This document shows, piece by piece, positions 23,764 to 37,200 of a stretch of 64,000 bases of DNA. How positions within the stretch are numbered: the stretch's first letter is position 1; each line of letters opens with the position of its first letter. The position numbers were made by a program, and so were the translations under genes. This DNA comes from Camelus dromedarius (lineage: Eukaryota): assembly GCF_036321535.1 (NCBI RefSeq), contig NC_087471.1:1364001-1428000 (forward strand). Reading direction: 5' to 3'. The notes beneath the pieces were generated by a model, which did no database searches, was not told the DNA's origin, and saw nothing but the letters and a program-made list of their open reading frames with translations.

Positions 23764-24279
23764 TGTTACCGAGTCCAAACTCGTTCCGCTTGCCGCACGA
23801 CAGGCCAGTAAATCGGGAGATGAGGTGTTGGGGCGAAGAACAATGACTTTATTTGGAAAGCCAGCAGACCGAGAAGATGGGGGACTAATGTCCTAGAGAC
23901 CATCTTACCCAAGTCAGAATTCAGGCTCCTTTTATACTAAAGAAAGGGCGGGGGTGTGTTTGGTTGTTGCACAATTCTTGGTGTCAGAATCCTTTGATCT
24001 TGCAGCCGTCCCCGTGGGTCGGGTCATGGTGTCCCTGTAAACCTCCAGCAACAAGTGCTATTCTCTGCTGCAACTTTTTATCTTTATATGACTGGGGAAG
24101 TGTTACACCCTTAAAGGTCAGAGCCTTGAGAACGGGCTCTCCTGTCTATTTCAGGCCATAGACAACAGTCTTTTACAAAAGGTGTGGAACCAGCACGACT
24201 GAGCCCAGGAGACAGAGCCCAGGGTCAGAGCCAAAGGGGCAGGTCTAACACAGAGTCAGGTTTGTCCTTCCCTGCTACA
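23764..24279 (-). mobile_element. ERV1-type solo LTR (TG...CA, 516 bp)
   Basis: Begins tgttacc and ends gctaca. Minus-strand TATAAAA (23930-23936) and AATAAA (23848-23853) are in U3-R order. No clear TSD. Confidence 0.85.
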
Positions 24280-27200
24280 CTAATGCATATTATTTATTGA
24301 CCCCAACTCGTCCTTCCCTTGTCCCTTCCCTTCCCTTCCCACCACCAGCCGGAGCCCTTAGGTGGCCCCATTTGGATTATAATGTAAGGCAGGGTGCCTG
24401 CTGCCACTGGAAAGGAGGGAGGGTGATGGAGACGAATGGGATGGGAATCAGGGAGGGAGTGAGATGGGATTTGAAGAGGGAATGGGATGGGGATCAAAGG
24501 CTTTCCCAAGAGGCTGAAAGCTAGCTACCCACCTCAAAGCAGCGTCCAAGCACCTGCGAGGGAACCGGCAGCTCCACCCCGGGCCCACGGTAAAGGGGCA
24601 GGACGGAGGATGCTCACGGCTGCACCCGGAGCTGGGGGCGGGGGGCGGGCATGGTTCTTAGGGAGCAGACAGTGTAAGGAAGAGGAGAGGAAGTTCAGAG
24701 AAGAAAGAGGCACCGAGGCCATGCGGCAGTTCGCTGGTGATCAGAAAGGGAACACGCGGGGCTTTCGAGAAGGGAAGGGAAGTTGGGCCCCCGGCAAGGA
24801 CGCGTCCTCCCTCTCTCGCGCTGCGCAGAGCTTTGACAAGCACGTTCATGAGCCAGAAACGTTTGCCCAAGCTTCTTCCTCGGTTTCAAGCCGCAGCGCA
24901 TTTCCCGTGAGGCGGCACCCACGGAGCACGGGGGTTCCCTCTCTGGCCAGACTGTCCTCAGAGCAAGTGAGAGGGCTGAGCTGGGCTGAGCTCAGCACGT
25001 GCTGGTACAAAATGTCCCTCTCTTACCAGCAGCTCGGGTCACTGACCGCAAACGCTCCCGCTTGTGCCGGCTTGGGTGCTGCTTGCTCTCAGCATAACTG
25101 ATAAGCCTTGCTGCTTTGTTTTCCTTTGTTTGTTACTGTCAAGCTATAAAAAGGCTTGGGTGGGCATAGGACCCTCCTGTCTGAGATTGAAGCTCACTTT
25201 GTGGTTGCCGACTAGTGGCCAAGTACAGAGAAGTACTTTTTAAAATGTGTGGAAAGGAGGTCCTTTTCCTGTAAGATCAGAATGAACAGCTCCGTTCTTG
25301 CTCGGTGCAGTGAGCTGACGGGCTTCGGGCGCGGCCGCGGCCGCCTCCAGGATCTCCTCCGAGGGCGGGGGAGGCTGTTGTGAGACACGCTTGTGGCTGG
25401 TGCTGGACGCTCCTTCTGCAGTCACAGAGCTCCACTGTATACACAGAGACGCAGAATCGATCATTCCCAGGGAAAGGCTGATGGGTGAGACCTTGAAAAA
25501 TCCAAGGAAATGCATCCTTCTGCCCGAGGCACCCTCCTCCACGTCACCTGCCCCCACCCCCCACCCCCGGAGAAGTTCTGGGTCAAGTGCGAACGTTGCG
25601 GCCCCACGCCTTCTGGGGAGGGCTTGTCCGTCCTGCTTCGCTCCGCATTGCCTGTTGCATCACACCCCCTGCCACCTCATGTCCCTGCCGCTGGGCTGTT
25701 TCCGCTCTAAATTCAGATGCCCATGGTCTTTTGTTCCGGCCACTGTCCACATTGCAGGGGAGCCCTGACGCCCTGAGCACACAAGAAACAGGCAGCGTCT
25801 GAAGAGAGGGAAGGAGGGGAGAGGCTGAGGGGTGCGAACATGAGGAGACGTTGTTCTGTGAGGTATCACAGGAGTGTCACCTTTCAAACCTCAGATTCAA
25901 GGTCACGTCACCAAGTCACCATAGTTAGGGTTTTAGGACCCATAAACCCGAACTTGCGTATCATGGAGTCATCCCCGCCTGGCCCTCCCGGGTCCACCGT
26001 CGGCTCTGGGGATGCCTGGGCCCAGCTGCGCTTTTGGCCACGATGCCCCACTGGACCCCCCTGGCCGCAAGGACTTCATTCTTTAGGTGCCGGTCACTGT
26101 GGTCGGAATCGGTGGGAGGAGGGTGTTTCACCTTCTCCGTCTCTCGCTGAAATAAATATGGACCGTCTGTGATCACTCCTGGCAGGGAGCCCTGGCTTTG
26201 AGAGTTGTCAGCTCCCCAGGAGAGTGAGAAATGAGCTGTAGCAGGCAAGAGACCTGCCAGGTTGGAGCGAAACGTGCATTGACAGGAAGCCTGGTCAGAC
26301 ACCCCGCTTTCAAAGCCTGCTTCGCCCCCAAAGGACTTTCTTTGACATTGCCTCCTCTCGTGACCTTTGCAAAGATGGTCGAGGACGCTGCACCTGCTCC
26401 CACCCCCGGCTTGCTTTCTTGCACCCCAAGGGGGCCTCTGTTGAGTACCCTTTTCTTGTATGAAATCTGCAGCTGCGGAGGGGAGGGCGGTTCAGAGCCA
26501 AGTGCCAAAGCTGAGATGCATGGAGAGCCCGCTCCCGCGAGGCCAGCATGGTGGGCATCACGCAGCCGGGAGAACCATGTATTCAGAAAGCCGGGGGTCC
26601 TGGAGGCAGTGCCGCGCTTGCCCAAGATCACATGACGCGACAGATCCAGGACCAAGCCCAGCTCTTTCGAAACCCAGGCAGTGTTTCCACACTTGCTTGC
26701 ATTTGCGTGGTGCTTTGCATTCCCTGGCACGTCCACCCAGTGGCCTCATTTGATCCTCAAAGTAACAGTCACAGCGAGGTCGGTGCAGACATTCTCACTC
26801 AGGCTCCCAGTTCACCTTGCTTCCCTCTACTCGCCTCTGGAGTGGCTCAGGTGCTTTAAGGTGTCTTCGTTCTTTACTGGGGATGAAACAGAACACGGGA
26901 CAGGCCCCTAAGATGTGTGGAAAACTGTTCTGTTTCATTCTTGCCTTGTGGAGATCCGTGCCAGGGCGACAGTGGTCCTACCTGGAGCACGTGTGTGCTG
27001 GGAACGTGGGGCAGGAGGGAAACGGGCGCTCTGGCCGTCCCCGGGCGTTAGAGACCACACCGGGTCCTCTGAAACCAACAGAAAGGCCCCCGCGTAAACT
27101 AACACATCCCCGAGCCGAGCGATCATCTCACGTGGCCCGGTCTCACCGGGGAGGGAACCTTTACTCCTGAACCTCTCTTGTGGCTTGTTGGATAAACATG

Positions 27201-28938
27201 TACGGCAGTAATTTTTCATCTGCCTAAAACTGAAATGACCTTAGGTCCCTGATTTGGAGGAAGTCAAGTCCTGTGACGAAAAGGACAAAGGGAACTTGAG
27301 TGCAGTTCAGCACGAAACAGACCAAGGCATGGAAAGACCCCTCCGGGCTCTTACGAAGGCAGGTGGCCGGATTCAGACGGCAGAGGAGGGCAGCAAAGGG
27401 GCGGGGAGCCAGGGGCGTGCCTGCTCCTCAGAGGGAAAACCAGGAAGCTGGGCCCCGGCCGTTCTCTGCTCCTCTGACCTCTGCCACAGAGGCTGCTCCC
27501 GACCTGGGTGAGGGAAGGCGGCGTGCGGCTGTGTCCGTTCGGGGTGGCTGCCTGCCGCGAGGGAGGCACGTCCTGAGACCGCACTCGGGAGCCTGCATGA
27601 CCCTAATACTGAATCTCGATTGAGAATGCTGAAGAAGCCTGCAATCGGGGCGAGGTCTTTCAGCGAGGCGGGAGCATCGTGGGGGCTGCAGATTGAGGGG
27701 AGGGGTCTACCTTCCTGATGAAGGTTGGTCACTCTTAATGATCAGTTAGTTTAGGAAGGTCGCTGAGGTCCATGCCCTGCCTTGTATTTCCTACTGGCTC
27801 TTTCTGAGGTGCAGAGGCTGGAGGACCAAGGGGTCCAAGTTTGAGGAGGATCCATATGTGAAGCACCGGGATGAGCTCTGGGTTCTGGCCCCTTTCTTGG
27901 CAAGGGGGCTGTCACGGAGCAGTTTCTTCTCTTGAATGAGCTTTGGAAGGAGGTGGCCCACAGTTACCAGCCAGGCTTTGCTCTGGCTCCGTGCTCTGCG
28001 GGGGGAGCAGGTCAAGTGGAACTTTATTACTGTCAGCACAGATCCGTGCTGGGTCAATTCTTGGTGACCTCCATGGCAAGCAAATTCCTGGTGCAAGGTG
28101 TGTGTTGTCCGAATTCACATGGAGAGCTACATGCGCTCAGTGTGGTCCAGAACATGCAGGACCAACCCTGTCTCCAGTCTGTCTTTTCTTCCAGATTAGA
28201 TCATTTTGGCTGTTTTTTTTTTTTGTTTTGTTATGTTTTTTGCATGCATGCATTTTTCTCTCCCTCTGCGTTTCTCCATCCTCTTCTGCAGAAAGTTTGA
28301 ATAAATAAACGTGTGAGATGCTTCTCTCTCCAGTGGGGGATTATAATCATAATTTTCATGATGTTGAGAAAAAGTTGAGAATTGCATTGAATGTCACAAA
28401 ACAAAGCTGGGAAGGCTGGAAAGAGACATTTCTCTTTGCTCTCTCTCTGTCTCTCTCCAGCCATTTGTGTTCATAGTGCCAGGTTAGGAGGTCAGGTTGA
28501 ACTTGAAATTGGCTTCATTTTAACTCTCCTGTCCCATAATAGCAAATTCCTCACGGGCTCTATTTCAGAATGTGGAGGATGGAGGACTTGGAGCACACAT
28601 TTTAGTGTATGATGAACTTCTGGCAAAGGAGCTGCTGCGTCATATTTCTAACAAGTCACCCCAATACTTCCATTTTAATGATCTCCCCGCCCATGATCTG
28701 GGAAGCAGTGCTGATGAAACGAATGAGGCTCCACCTTTTTGTTCTCTCTCCTCTAGCCCACGCAAGGCTTCACCCCTTCCTGTAACTTGAAGCTGCGGGA
28801 GTGTCCCAGATGGGGCCGTCTCTGAGATGCTTCGTGCTTTGTTATCAGAACCCATCGGCAATGCCCTGCTTGCTCATCTCCCTAGTTTCCGGCAACCAGC
28901 TCCCTGCCGGTCTGCACTCAATCCCCGCTTCTGCCACC

Positions 28939-29387
28939 TGCGACAGGCAGCCTCTAGGCTCGCCCAGTGATCCTCACCCTCCGGTTTCCGCACTTGCGTG
29001 TAGCCCCTTCCCTGGGTGGTGGGCGGGACCTCCGGCTTGCTTCTAACAAGGAGAACATGGCAGAAGTGTTGAGATGTCACCTCCGAGATGAGGTTACAAA
29101 AGTCAGTGATTTACATCCTGCACGCGCTCTCTGTCTTCACGGCTTGCCAGCTGGACCTGCCAGCAGCCACGGGAGTGATCTCAGAAGCTGGTCCTTCCCA
29201 AAGCAAGCCTGGAGGTCACTGTGGCCCAGCCGACACCCTGACTACGACCTGTGTGAGACCCTGAGTCAGAGACACCCCACAAAGCCGAGCCCTGAATCCT
29301 GAGCCACAGGAACAGGGAGGGGATACACGGCTGTTGTCCTCAATCACCGAGCTCTGGAGGAACGTTTTATGCAGGTTCATTACTAGA
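28939..29387 (+). mobile_element. MLT1E/F-like MaLR LTR
   Basis: ggcagcctctagg...gggcgggacctccggcttgcttctaac...gatgtcacctccgagatgaggttac...cccagccgacaccctga...gagaccctgagtcagag. Confidence 0.85.
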
Positions 29388-29419
29388 GCCCCTTACAGAT
29401 TCTTTTCTCCAACTTCCCT

Positions 29420-29585
29420 GCACAGCACTTCAGAGTTGTCCTGGGGCGGGGCTTTGCTTAAAGCACACACATTTGGCGCTGCCCTCAGAGATGCCAGTTG
29501 GGTGGGGGCTCTGAAATCTTCCTTTTTAATAAGCATCCTGGGGCAACTGATGGAGGTTCAAAGAGTGACACTGAGAAATGCTGCC
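29420..29585. mobile_element. MER5-like hAT-Charlie remnant
   Basis: ttttaataagcatcctggggcaactgatg...actgagaaatgctg resembles MER5A/B. Confidence 0.4.
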
Positions 29586-29661
29586 CCAGGGACCTCTGCA
29601 ACTGCTGGGACCACAGTTATGCCATTCTGAGTGCCAAGGGGGCACAGCAGCTTCATCTGTG

Positions 29662-31012
29662 GCTGCTCAATTTTTTTTAATTCTTTTTTTAATTGAAGTA
29701 TCGTTAGGTTACAATGCTGTGTCAGTTTCTGGTGCACAGCATAACGGGTCAGCCATGCACATACACGCATATATTCGTTTTCATATTCTTTTTCATTATA
29801 GGTGACTAAAGACATTGAATATAGTTCCCTGTGCTCTACAGAAGAAATCTGTTGTTTATTTACTTTATAGATAGTAGTTAATATCTGCAAATCTCACAGT
29901 TTATCCCTTCCCACCTAATTTCTTCCCCTGGTAACCATAAATTTGTTTTCTGTGTCTGTGTGTCTGTTTCTGTTTTGTAAATAAGTCCATTTGTCTTTTC
30001 ATTTTCTTAGAGATAAATGGAAATTATTATTTTTTAATTGAAGTATAGTTGATGTACAATATTATGTAAGTTACAGGTGTACAATATAGTGACTCACAAT
30101 TTTTCAAGGTTATACTCCGTTTATATTTATTGTAATAAAATAGCGGCTATATTTCCCATTTGTATTTTTTAAAAGATTCCACATGTGAGTGATCTCATAC
30201 GGTATTTTTCTTTCTCTTTCTGGCTTACTTCACTTAGAATGACAATCTCCAGGTCCAGCTATGTTGCTGCAAATAGCATTATTTTATGATTTTTTATGGC
30301 TGAGTAGTATTCCATTGTATAAATATACCACATCTTCTTTATCTAGTCATCTAGGATAGACATTTAGGCTGTTTTCATGTCTTGGCTGTTGTAAATAGTG
30401 CTGCTGTGAACATTGGAGTGGATGTATGTTTTCAAATTAGAGTTCCCTCTGGATATATGCCCAGGAGTGGGATTGCTGGATCATAGGGTGAGTCTATTTT
30501 TAGTTTTTTGAGGAATCTCCATGCTATTTTCCACAGTGGCTGCACCAAAGTACATTCCCACCAGCAGTGCAGGAGGGCTCCCTTTTCTCCACAGCCTCTC
30601 CAGCATTTGTCGTTTGTGGACTTTTGAATGATGGCCATTCTAGCTGGTGTGAGGTGATACCTCATGGTAGTTTTGATTTGCATTTCTCTGATAACTAGCG
30701 ACACTGAGCATTTTTTCATGTGCCTATGGGCCATTTGTATGTCTTCCTATTGACCATTTGTAGGTCTTTCTGGAGAGTTGCTTGTTTTGGTCTTCTGCCT
30801 GGTTTTGGATTGGGTTGTTTGTTTTTTGTTATTACGTTGTATGGGCTGTTTATATATTCTGGAAATTAAGCCCTTGCTAGTCTCACCTTCTGCAAATATT
30901 TTCTCCCATTCCATAGGCTTTCTTTTTATTTTGCTTATGCCAAAGCTTGTAAGTCTAATTAGGTCCCTTTTGATTGTTTTTGCTTTTGCTTCTATTATCT
31001 GGCTGCTCGGCA
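29662..31012 (-). mobile_element. 5'-truncated lineage-specific LINE-1 (ORF2 C-terminus plus 3'UTR)
   Basis: ORF 30432..30734(-) [21 protein letters not shown]...LLHCWWEC is L1 ORF2p; high similarity to the 1720-2775 copy. Confidence 0.95.
30023..30157 (-). mobile_element. Short L1 3'-terminal fragment nested in the T/A-tract of the host L1
   Basis: A second ttttaattgaagtatagttgat... terminus inside the host; ccatttgt duplicated at 29987-29994 and 30156-30163. Confidence 0.75.
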
Positions 31013-31045
31013 TTATCTGTGGAGGGTTCCTGAGCACAGGTGCCA

Positions 31046-31566
31046 TGCCATAGGCTGTTTTCTGCAGAAGGCTGCAGCCGTATCTCCCAGCCCATGTGCT
31101 CTCCTGCAAAGTGAACTTCACACTCCCCTGTCCAGAGGTTGAGTCTAATTCCCTTGGTCTGGGCGAAACTCATGCCTCACCTGTGACCAATAGAATATGG
31201 TGGCAGTAATGTTATGTGACTTCCAGTATGAGGCCAGCAAAGCCATGCCTCCTTCTGCCTGGTTCTCTGGGGACCCTAGCTCTACAGGAAGCCAGGCTCC
31301 ATGCAGGAAGTTTGATTGTGCCAAGACCACCATGTCAGAGAGGCCATGACACCCTTTAGTTGACAGCTCAGCTCAGCTGTCCCCCAACAGCCACCACCAC
31401 CTGCCAGCCGTGGGATGAGCCTTCACGAATGGCCAGCCCAGTTAGCCTCAGATGACGTCGGACCCTGACCCCACAAGAGACCCTCTCTTTCCAAACTCCT
31501 GACTCAGAAATCACGGTGGCTTTAAGTGTGTAAAGACTTTGACGCACAGCTGTAGTTGAAAACTAC
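31046..31566 (+). mobile_element. MLT1G/H-like MaLR LTR
   Basis: tatctcccagcccatgtgctctcctgcaaagtgaac...gaccaatagaatatggtggcagtaatgttatgtgacttcc... Confidence 0.75.
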
Positions 31567-34500
31567 TCACGCTGGAACTATAGAGGAAAAGGCATTGTCC
31601 TCTGCTCTCAGCTTCAGAGCTAAAGCCATGGAAAGAAGGAATTAGAATCAAACAAAATAATCATGACTTTCTGGGGCTCACAGACAGAGACAGAAGGAGC
31701 AAAGGAGAATGAGTCTGGAAGAGAAAAGTCACACTGTGCATGTGGGCTGAGCTTTGTCACTCTTGAGCCCCGGGCAGCACATCCAGGTACCGCAACAGGA
31801 CTTGAGAACCACACGCCATTCAAGGGAGGGTGAGGGGCCGGGAAAAGTGGGTGGACCTGTGATGGAGGAGGCAGCTACCACCCGGGGAACCTATCATGCC
31901 GAGCAAAGAGAACGCTGATTTCATCTGGTCCCAGTGGGTGAGCCACCAGCGAGTTTGAAACTTGCTTATCTGGGTGGTGTAAGCATCCAATTGTTGTTTA
32001 CTTTTCTTTCTTTTTTTTAAAAGCTGTAACTGCCAATCAACTGAGTGGAAAAAGAACCGAACTGCAACTCAAGCATTTTCTATTTAAGTCCTTGTGACTC
32101 ACCCTATGATTGAGCAGAAATTCCTTAAGGCTGGTGCCCTCCCTGTAAACACCTGTCACTTTCCTGGTTTGCAGAGATCTGGGAGGCTAATGAGATCACA
32201 CGCATGGAATGCATGTGAGCTTCTAAGAGAAAGAAGCCAGATACATTTGAGATATTGTTATCGTCCCCCTCCCCCAGCCCTCTGGAGGTCCGCTTTCTAG
32301 CAAGCCCAAGGGTTCAGAAGCCAGAAACTTCAAAATGAAGGAAAAATCAAGACAGGCATTTGACCGCAGAGAAAGGAGGAGGCACATCCGGCAGCAAGCT
32401 AGAGAAAACACAAAACAGGATACGGCTGGTCATGTAGGAAATCCCCACGCTCCTTGGAGGGGATGACAGCAAACACCAAGCCACAGTGCGCGGACGTCCA
32501 GAAGCCAGTGATGCCACGGGGAGGGATGACAGGAGAGGAAGGAAAGACAGCAGACTGGTGGGCGGTGGCAGCGCTCAGAGGGTGCGGGCAGGTGGTTCTG
32601 AGAGTGGAGAGGGTGGTCGGGCTGGCTGTGGGCAGACGGAAGCTGAGAAGGAGGAGGGACTGGAACATCAGGGGGTGGGGGACAACCAGCCTTTCCCAGG
32701 CTCAGCCGCCAGACTTTTTTGCAGAAAGTCCTGCAGATCAGGGGGCAGGATCTTCCTCTTGACAATGTGGATGCAGCAGACATTTCTGAGCAGTAGGAAT
32801 AAAACCCAGCTGTTCTGGGAGGAGCCCACTGTTTGCCTGCCTGGCTGTCGACTTCAGCGTGTGTGTGGCGGGGAGGAGCCCAGAGGCCAAGTCAGGAGCG
32901 GTCAGAAGAGGCCAGTGAGACTAATGGGTGACCAAACAAGACAGCGGCTGCCTGGAGGGCCCTATAAATGCTCCTGGTATTTCGTAGTTTCAGCCACCTG
33001 CTGGACTGAACAACAGAATTCCCGTATGGCCACACCCCTGTGACCTCCTGAATCAGGCCTCCCTCCTTTGCAAAACAAACATCCCCGTCCTGTGATGAAT
33101 CCCAAGACTTTCTCATGTACTCCTGTCCGCAGCTGAGAGCGCTGGGCCTGGAGTGAAAAGGGAAATGGTCGCAGCTGGGGATCCTCCCTTGGGGGGCGTG
33201 GCCCTGCCCCCAACCTAGCTGGACGTCCTTGGCGCCCCGGCTGGTGACGGGGCTGCAGTCACACGGACTTTGCTCCTCAGATCCTGTCCCCTCCCCCTGC
33301 CCCCAGTGAGAGGACAGGGGGCCCTCTGTGCGTGCTCCCCAAGGCCCTGCACCTCCTCCTCACCCACCCCAGTGTTCATGCCCTTCCTCCAGCCAGTGCG
33401 GTGCTTCCCAAGCTTCACTGCCCGTTGAAGTCATCTGGGGAGCCCCTGCCTCACCCACACCACCTGCTTCAGGGGGAACCCCTGTGTCCACCAGCCACGG
33501 CCCTGCAGCCTGGCTGGACATTCTGGCTGCCATGTTGGTTGCTGGCACGCCTTTCGCCACCAGCCACCTGAGGGCACCCCCGCTGCTCCCCCCCCCCCCC
33601 CCGCAGGTAATTCAGAAAGGCCGTTCCTCCTGTTCCTGGCACGCGTCTTCGATGCGGCTTCACATTTGCTTGCACAAATCCCTTGGCGAATTGCTGTTTC
33701 CCGGCAATGGCTGTAAGCCCCAGGGGGGCACGGACGCGGTGGGGCTTGGTCAGTAGCGTGCCCTCGGCACTCGTCACGGTGCCTGGCGCGCGGTAGGCGG
33801 CCCCTCGGTGCTGGACGACTGAAGAGAGACAAAAAGAAACTCCTTACTTTCTGTGACAGCTTGTCTGCTCCCAGACACCTCCACACCCCTGTCCCTGCTC
33901 CATCCTGAGCGTCACACGCGGAGAGAGGCGCTCAGGTCGGTGCTGGTGTCTTTTCAGACGAAACCGAGTGTCCGGCTCTCCCTGCTGATCAGCTGCGGGG
34001 GGCACTTGCTGCAGAGGGAAGGCTGGGAGGGTCGGGGCTTCCTCCCTGACTGCCGGCCCTCGGGGTGAGCCGGTGAGACGCCCTTTGGCATCTGGGGCTC
34101 AGGCCGTGTTCTTCCCTGGGGGAGGGGTGGGCACTTCGTCTTTCCTCACCTGTGGGGGGGGCGGGGCCTGACCCCCAGGGCGTCCCCTGGGTGCCGGGGC
34201 CCAGGGCTCTGCATCCCCTCCTGATGCACACGTGCTTTGTCCTTCCCACACGTCCCAGCGCCGTCAGACCCGGCAGGCTGGCGGTGGGCCTTAATTTGTC
34301 CCCCGCCCCCGACATTTCCCCTCAGAGGCAACTGAAGTTCACCTTTTCCATTTTCTGGAGTGTTTCAGGTCATCTTTTGGGAATACGACATTCACAGTCT
34401 TAGCAAAGGATTTTTTTAAGTGTTTATTTTATAATTCTTCATCTGTATTCAAAATATTTGGCTTCTGACACCAACGGATACCCCTTCTTACGACACTTTT

Positions 34501-35194
34501 TGTTATCTGGGTATTAGTCGTTCAAACAACAAATGATTGAAAAATTACAAATGCATATTATGTATTGCATCTTTTAAAATCATGACGGACAGAAAGTTCC
34601 TCACTATGATTTTAGTTCCTTTTGGGGGTAAATCAACTACGTTAAGAAGTAACATTAAAACGTAGGTGAGATTAAACTGGCAAGTCACCCCGAGCCTGTG
34701 GAGGGTGGCATCCTCTTTTCCAAGCCCTGGTCCTGAACAGGCAGGTTTTGGCCATTTCTGCTGTTTTCTGAACAGAAGGCCCACCTCCTCCCTTGGGAGT
34801 GCCTTACCCCTCCCTGCATCGGTCTGCATGTCCACATGTGGCCGTCTATCGGCTGTCGCTTTGTTCCAGAGCCTGGGACACACTGGGAGCGGGAATTCAG
34901 AGGGCGTGTGCTCCGGACAGCAAGAGCCCTCATGGCACGGTGAAGCCTGCAAAGCCAGGGTGACCGTGGCGCGGAAGCTACAAAGCCGGGACGGCAGAGG
35001 AGAGAAGGTGGCACCTCGTCCTCCAGGAGAGAGAGCCTCGCAGGGGGAGCTCACCGGGCTGGGGAGAGAGGACCAGCCCACGGGGAGGTGTGGGACCGAG
35101 AGGACCGGACGGAGGGGAAGGGTCAGGTCCCAGGCACCCAGCACGCTCCGCGGGGATTTTGGAGTTTATCTTGCAGGCCAGGCGCCTTAAATTC

Positions 35195-35345
35195 TTCTTT
35201 TTCTTTTTTATCAATTGAGGTGTCGTCAGGTTACAACGTTGCGTCAGTTTCTGGCGCACAGCACAACATGTCAGTCACCCACCTACAAACATTCCTTTTC
35301 ATCTTCTTTTCATTATAGGCTGCTACAAGACATTGAGTATAGTTT
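35195..35345 (-). mobile_element. Very short lineage-specific L1 3' end
   Basis: caattgaggtgtcgtcaggttacaacgttgcgtcagtttctggcgcacagcacaac...cattataggctgctacaagacattgagtatagtt parallels 29690-29830. Confidence 0.85.
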
Positions 35346-35559
35346 AACAACCGAATGAAACTTCGTTTTAGATGACAACACATGCAGAGATCCAGTGTGT
35401 GAAACAGGGGCCCAGCAGCTCGGATGGAAAGATGGGGTGCGGGTCCCCAGCCTCTGCCTCCCTCCCTGGCCCCCTCACAGGTGGCAGGTCCACCCCGCTC
35501 TGCAGGGCACGGTTTGAAACCCACGGGAGCGTGTCCCCCCACCCCGAGGTCAGGGGCAG

Positions 35560-36350
35560 GCCTGACTCAGGCTGGAGAAGCAGCTCTCCCTCCTGCCCCG
35601 CAGGTCTGCCTGGTCCTGCCGCCTCCCCACCCCCCACCCCCCGCGCGCACTCCCCGCGCTGCAGAGAGGCTGACACCGCTGGCTGGTCCCGTGGCCCCCT
35701 CCCTCTCGCTGTCAGCAACGGAGCGGCTGCTACCTGCCTCCTGGCGCCCCTGTGATAACAAAGCGAGACCCCAGGCAGACACCGCCGCGGCCCTTTGTCC
35801 TTCCCAGAGGCAGACGCGGTGCTGCTGGGAGGCGGCGGCGGCGGGTGCACGCGGAGGGGAAAGCGTCCTGAAGAGCGCGCGGCTGCACGCAGGCAAGACG
35901 CAGGGGCCACGCAGGGGCCCGCTGAGCTGCATTTTCTCCTTCCTCTTCCTGATGAAATGGGATTCCTCAGTCACTTCTGGGAGGAAACTCCCGCCTCCGC
36001 CCAGTCACATCCCTGGTCGCGCCGCCCGGAGCTGGTTTTCTGTTTGTGTTTGCAAAGGTGGACCAGTTCCGGGCGAGCCACACAACAGCGTAGCCGACGT
36101 GCCACAAGTGGAGAATCAGACCCTGGAAGCTAAAATACTACATTTACGTCCTACGAGAGCGAGCAGGTAGCAGAGGCGGGTGACGGGGCAAAGACACGGG
36201 ACACGTGTCCTTGTTTCCCGCAGAAACAAACAGGACTCGAGGAGAAGCGATGCTCTCTGCCTCTGCTGGAAAGCAGAGACGCGCGTGAAAGATCTCCACA
36301 CCGCGGGCGGTGTAAGGCGGGACGCCACGAAGGAAGGAACAAGAGGAAGT
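35560..36350. promoter_or_regulatory. CpG-island-like block
   Basis: ccgcgcgcactccccgcgc, (ggc)4, gagcgcgcggc; 7-10 CpG per 60-bp line at 35641 and 35821. Confidence 0.55.
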
Positions 36351-36939
36351 GGCCCTAGATTGCTGCAGAGTGGTTAGGGTGTGGTGCTGGGGGAAACCCG
36401 GAGCACAGGCTTTAGAGAGGCTGCCGAGGGTTTGCTGGGGGAGGCTCGTGGACAAGAGGGTCGCCTGTTAGACAGGGCAGGGGCAGAGGACATAGAGCAA
36501 GTGGCCTCTGGCTGTTCTGGGTTCAGCCTTGTGTCTGATGCCCCCCGCGTGGCTCTCCGTGCTTGCAGGAGAAAGCTGGGTGTACACCCCCACTCGCCCC
36601 GACGTGTGCTAAGACGTTGGGTTTACGATGGGTTCTGCTGCTCAGATCCCCTTTCTGCAGGACTCTTGATGGTGAGAAACCACAAACAGAAGTTCCAGAG
36701 TGTGGTCCTAATAGATCTACCAGCCAGGTCCCAAAGCCTCAGCCCCCGAAACCAAGGCTCTGTTTGGCTGTTGCTCTGTGAGCGCTGAATTTTATCCAAC
36801 ACTCTTTTTTTTTGATCATGAAAAGCATTGGCTCCTGAGGGTTACCAAGTGTAAACTTTCCTGAGCTGAATCCCCCGGCTGCCACATTTTCCCTGCTCCA
36901 GGGCAGAGAGGAACCAGGTAGGCAAGAACAGAACTGCTT

Positions 36940-37200
36940 GCGTTCTCCGCCATCTTTTCTCCGTTCACATCGCAAAGCATTTCTATGATCATTCAAAACA
37001 CTTTCCCAAGGAGAGTTTAACATGAAGCAGATTTCTTTGTGTAACAGACAGGAAGGACGCCGCCTGACGGCTCTTTGATCCAAGGATCGTGGGGGAACCG
37101 GGTACCGCGCGCCACTCCGGTCTGCCGTGCACGCCTTCACGGTGATGCCTGTGTTAATCCGCGCTCCAGGGTCTGACAAACTCTGACTCATTTTGTTTGA
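36940..37200. promoter_or_regulatory. Candidate regulatory element: YY1, TCF/LEF, bicoid-type homeobox and AP-1 motifs
   Basis: ccgccatctt 36947-36956; ctttgat 37073-37079; ttaatcc 37154-37160; tgactca 37184-37190. Confidence 0.3.

Noticed and set aside
24975-25000. gctgagctgggctgagct, resembling Ig switch-region pentamers
   Set aside because: Only ~4 pentamers; switch regions span kilobases, and no Ig exons, RSS or J segments were seen.
35424-36170. 248-aa ORF and overlapping ORFs
   Set aside because: Ala/Pro/Gly/Arg-rich product of CpG-island composition, open in several frames on both strands.
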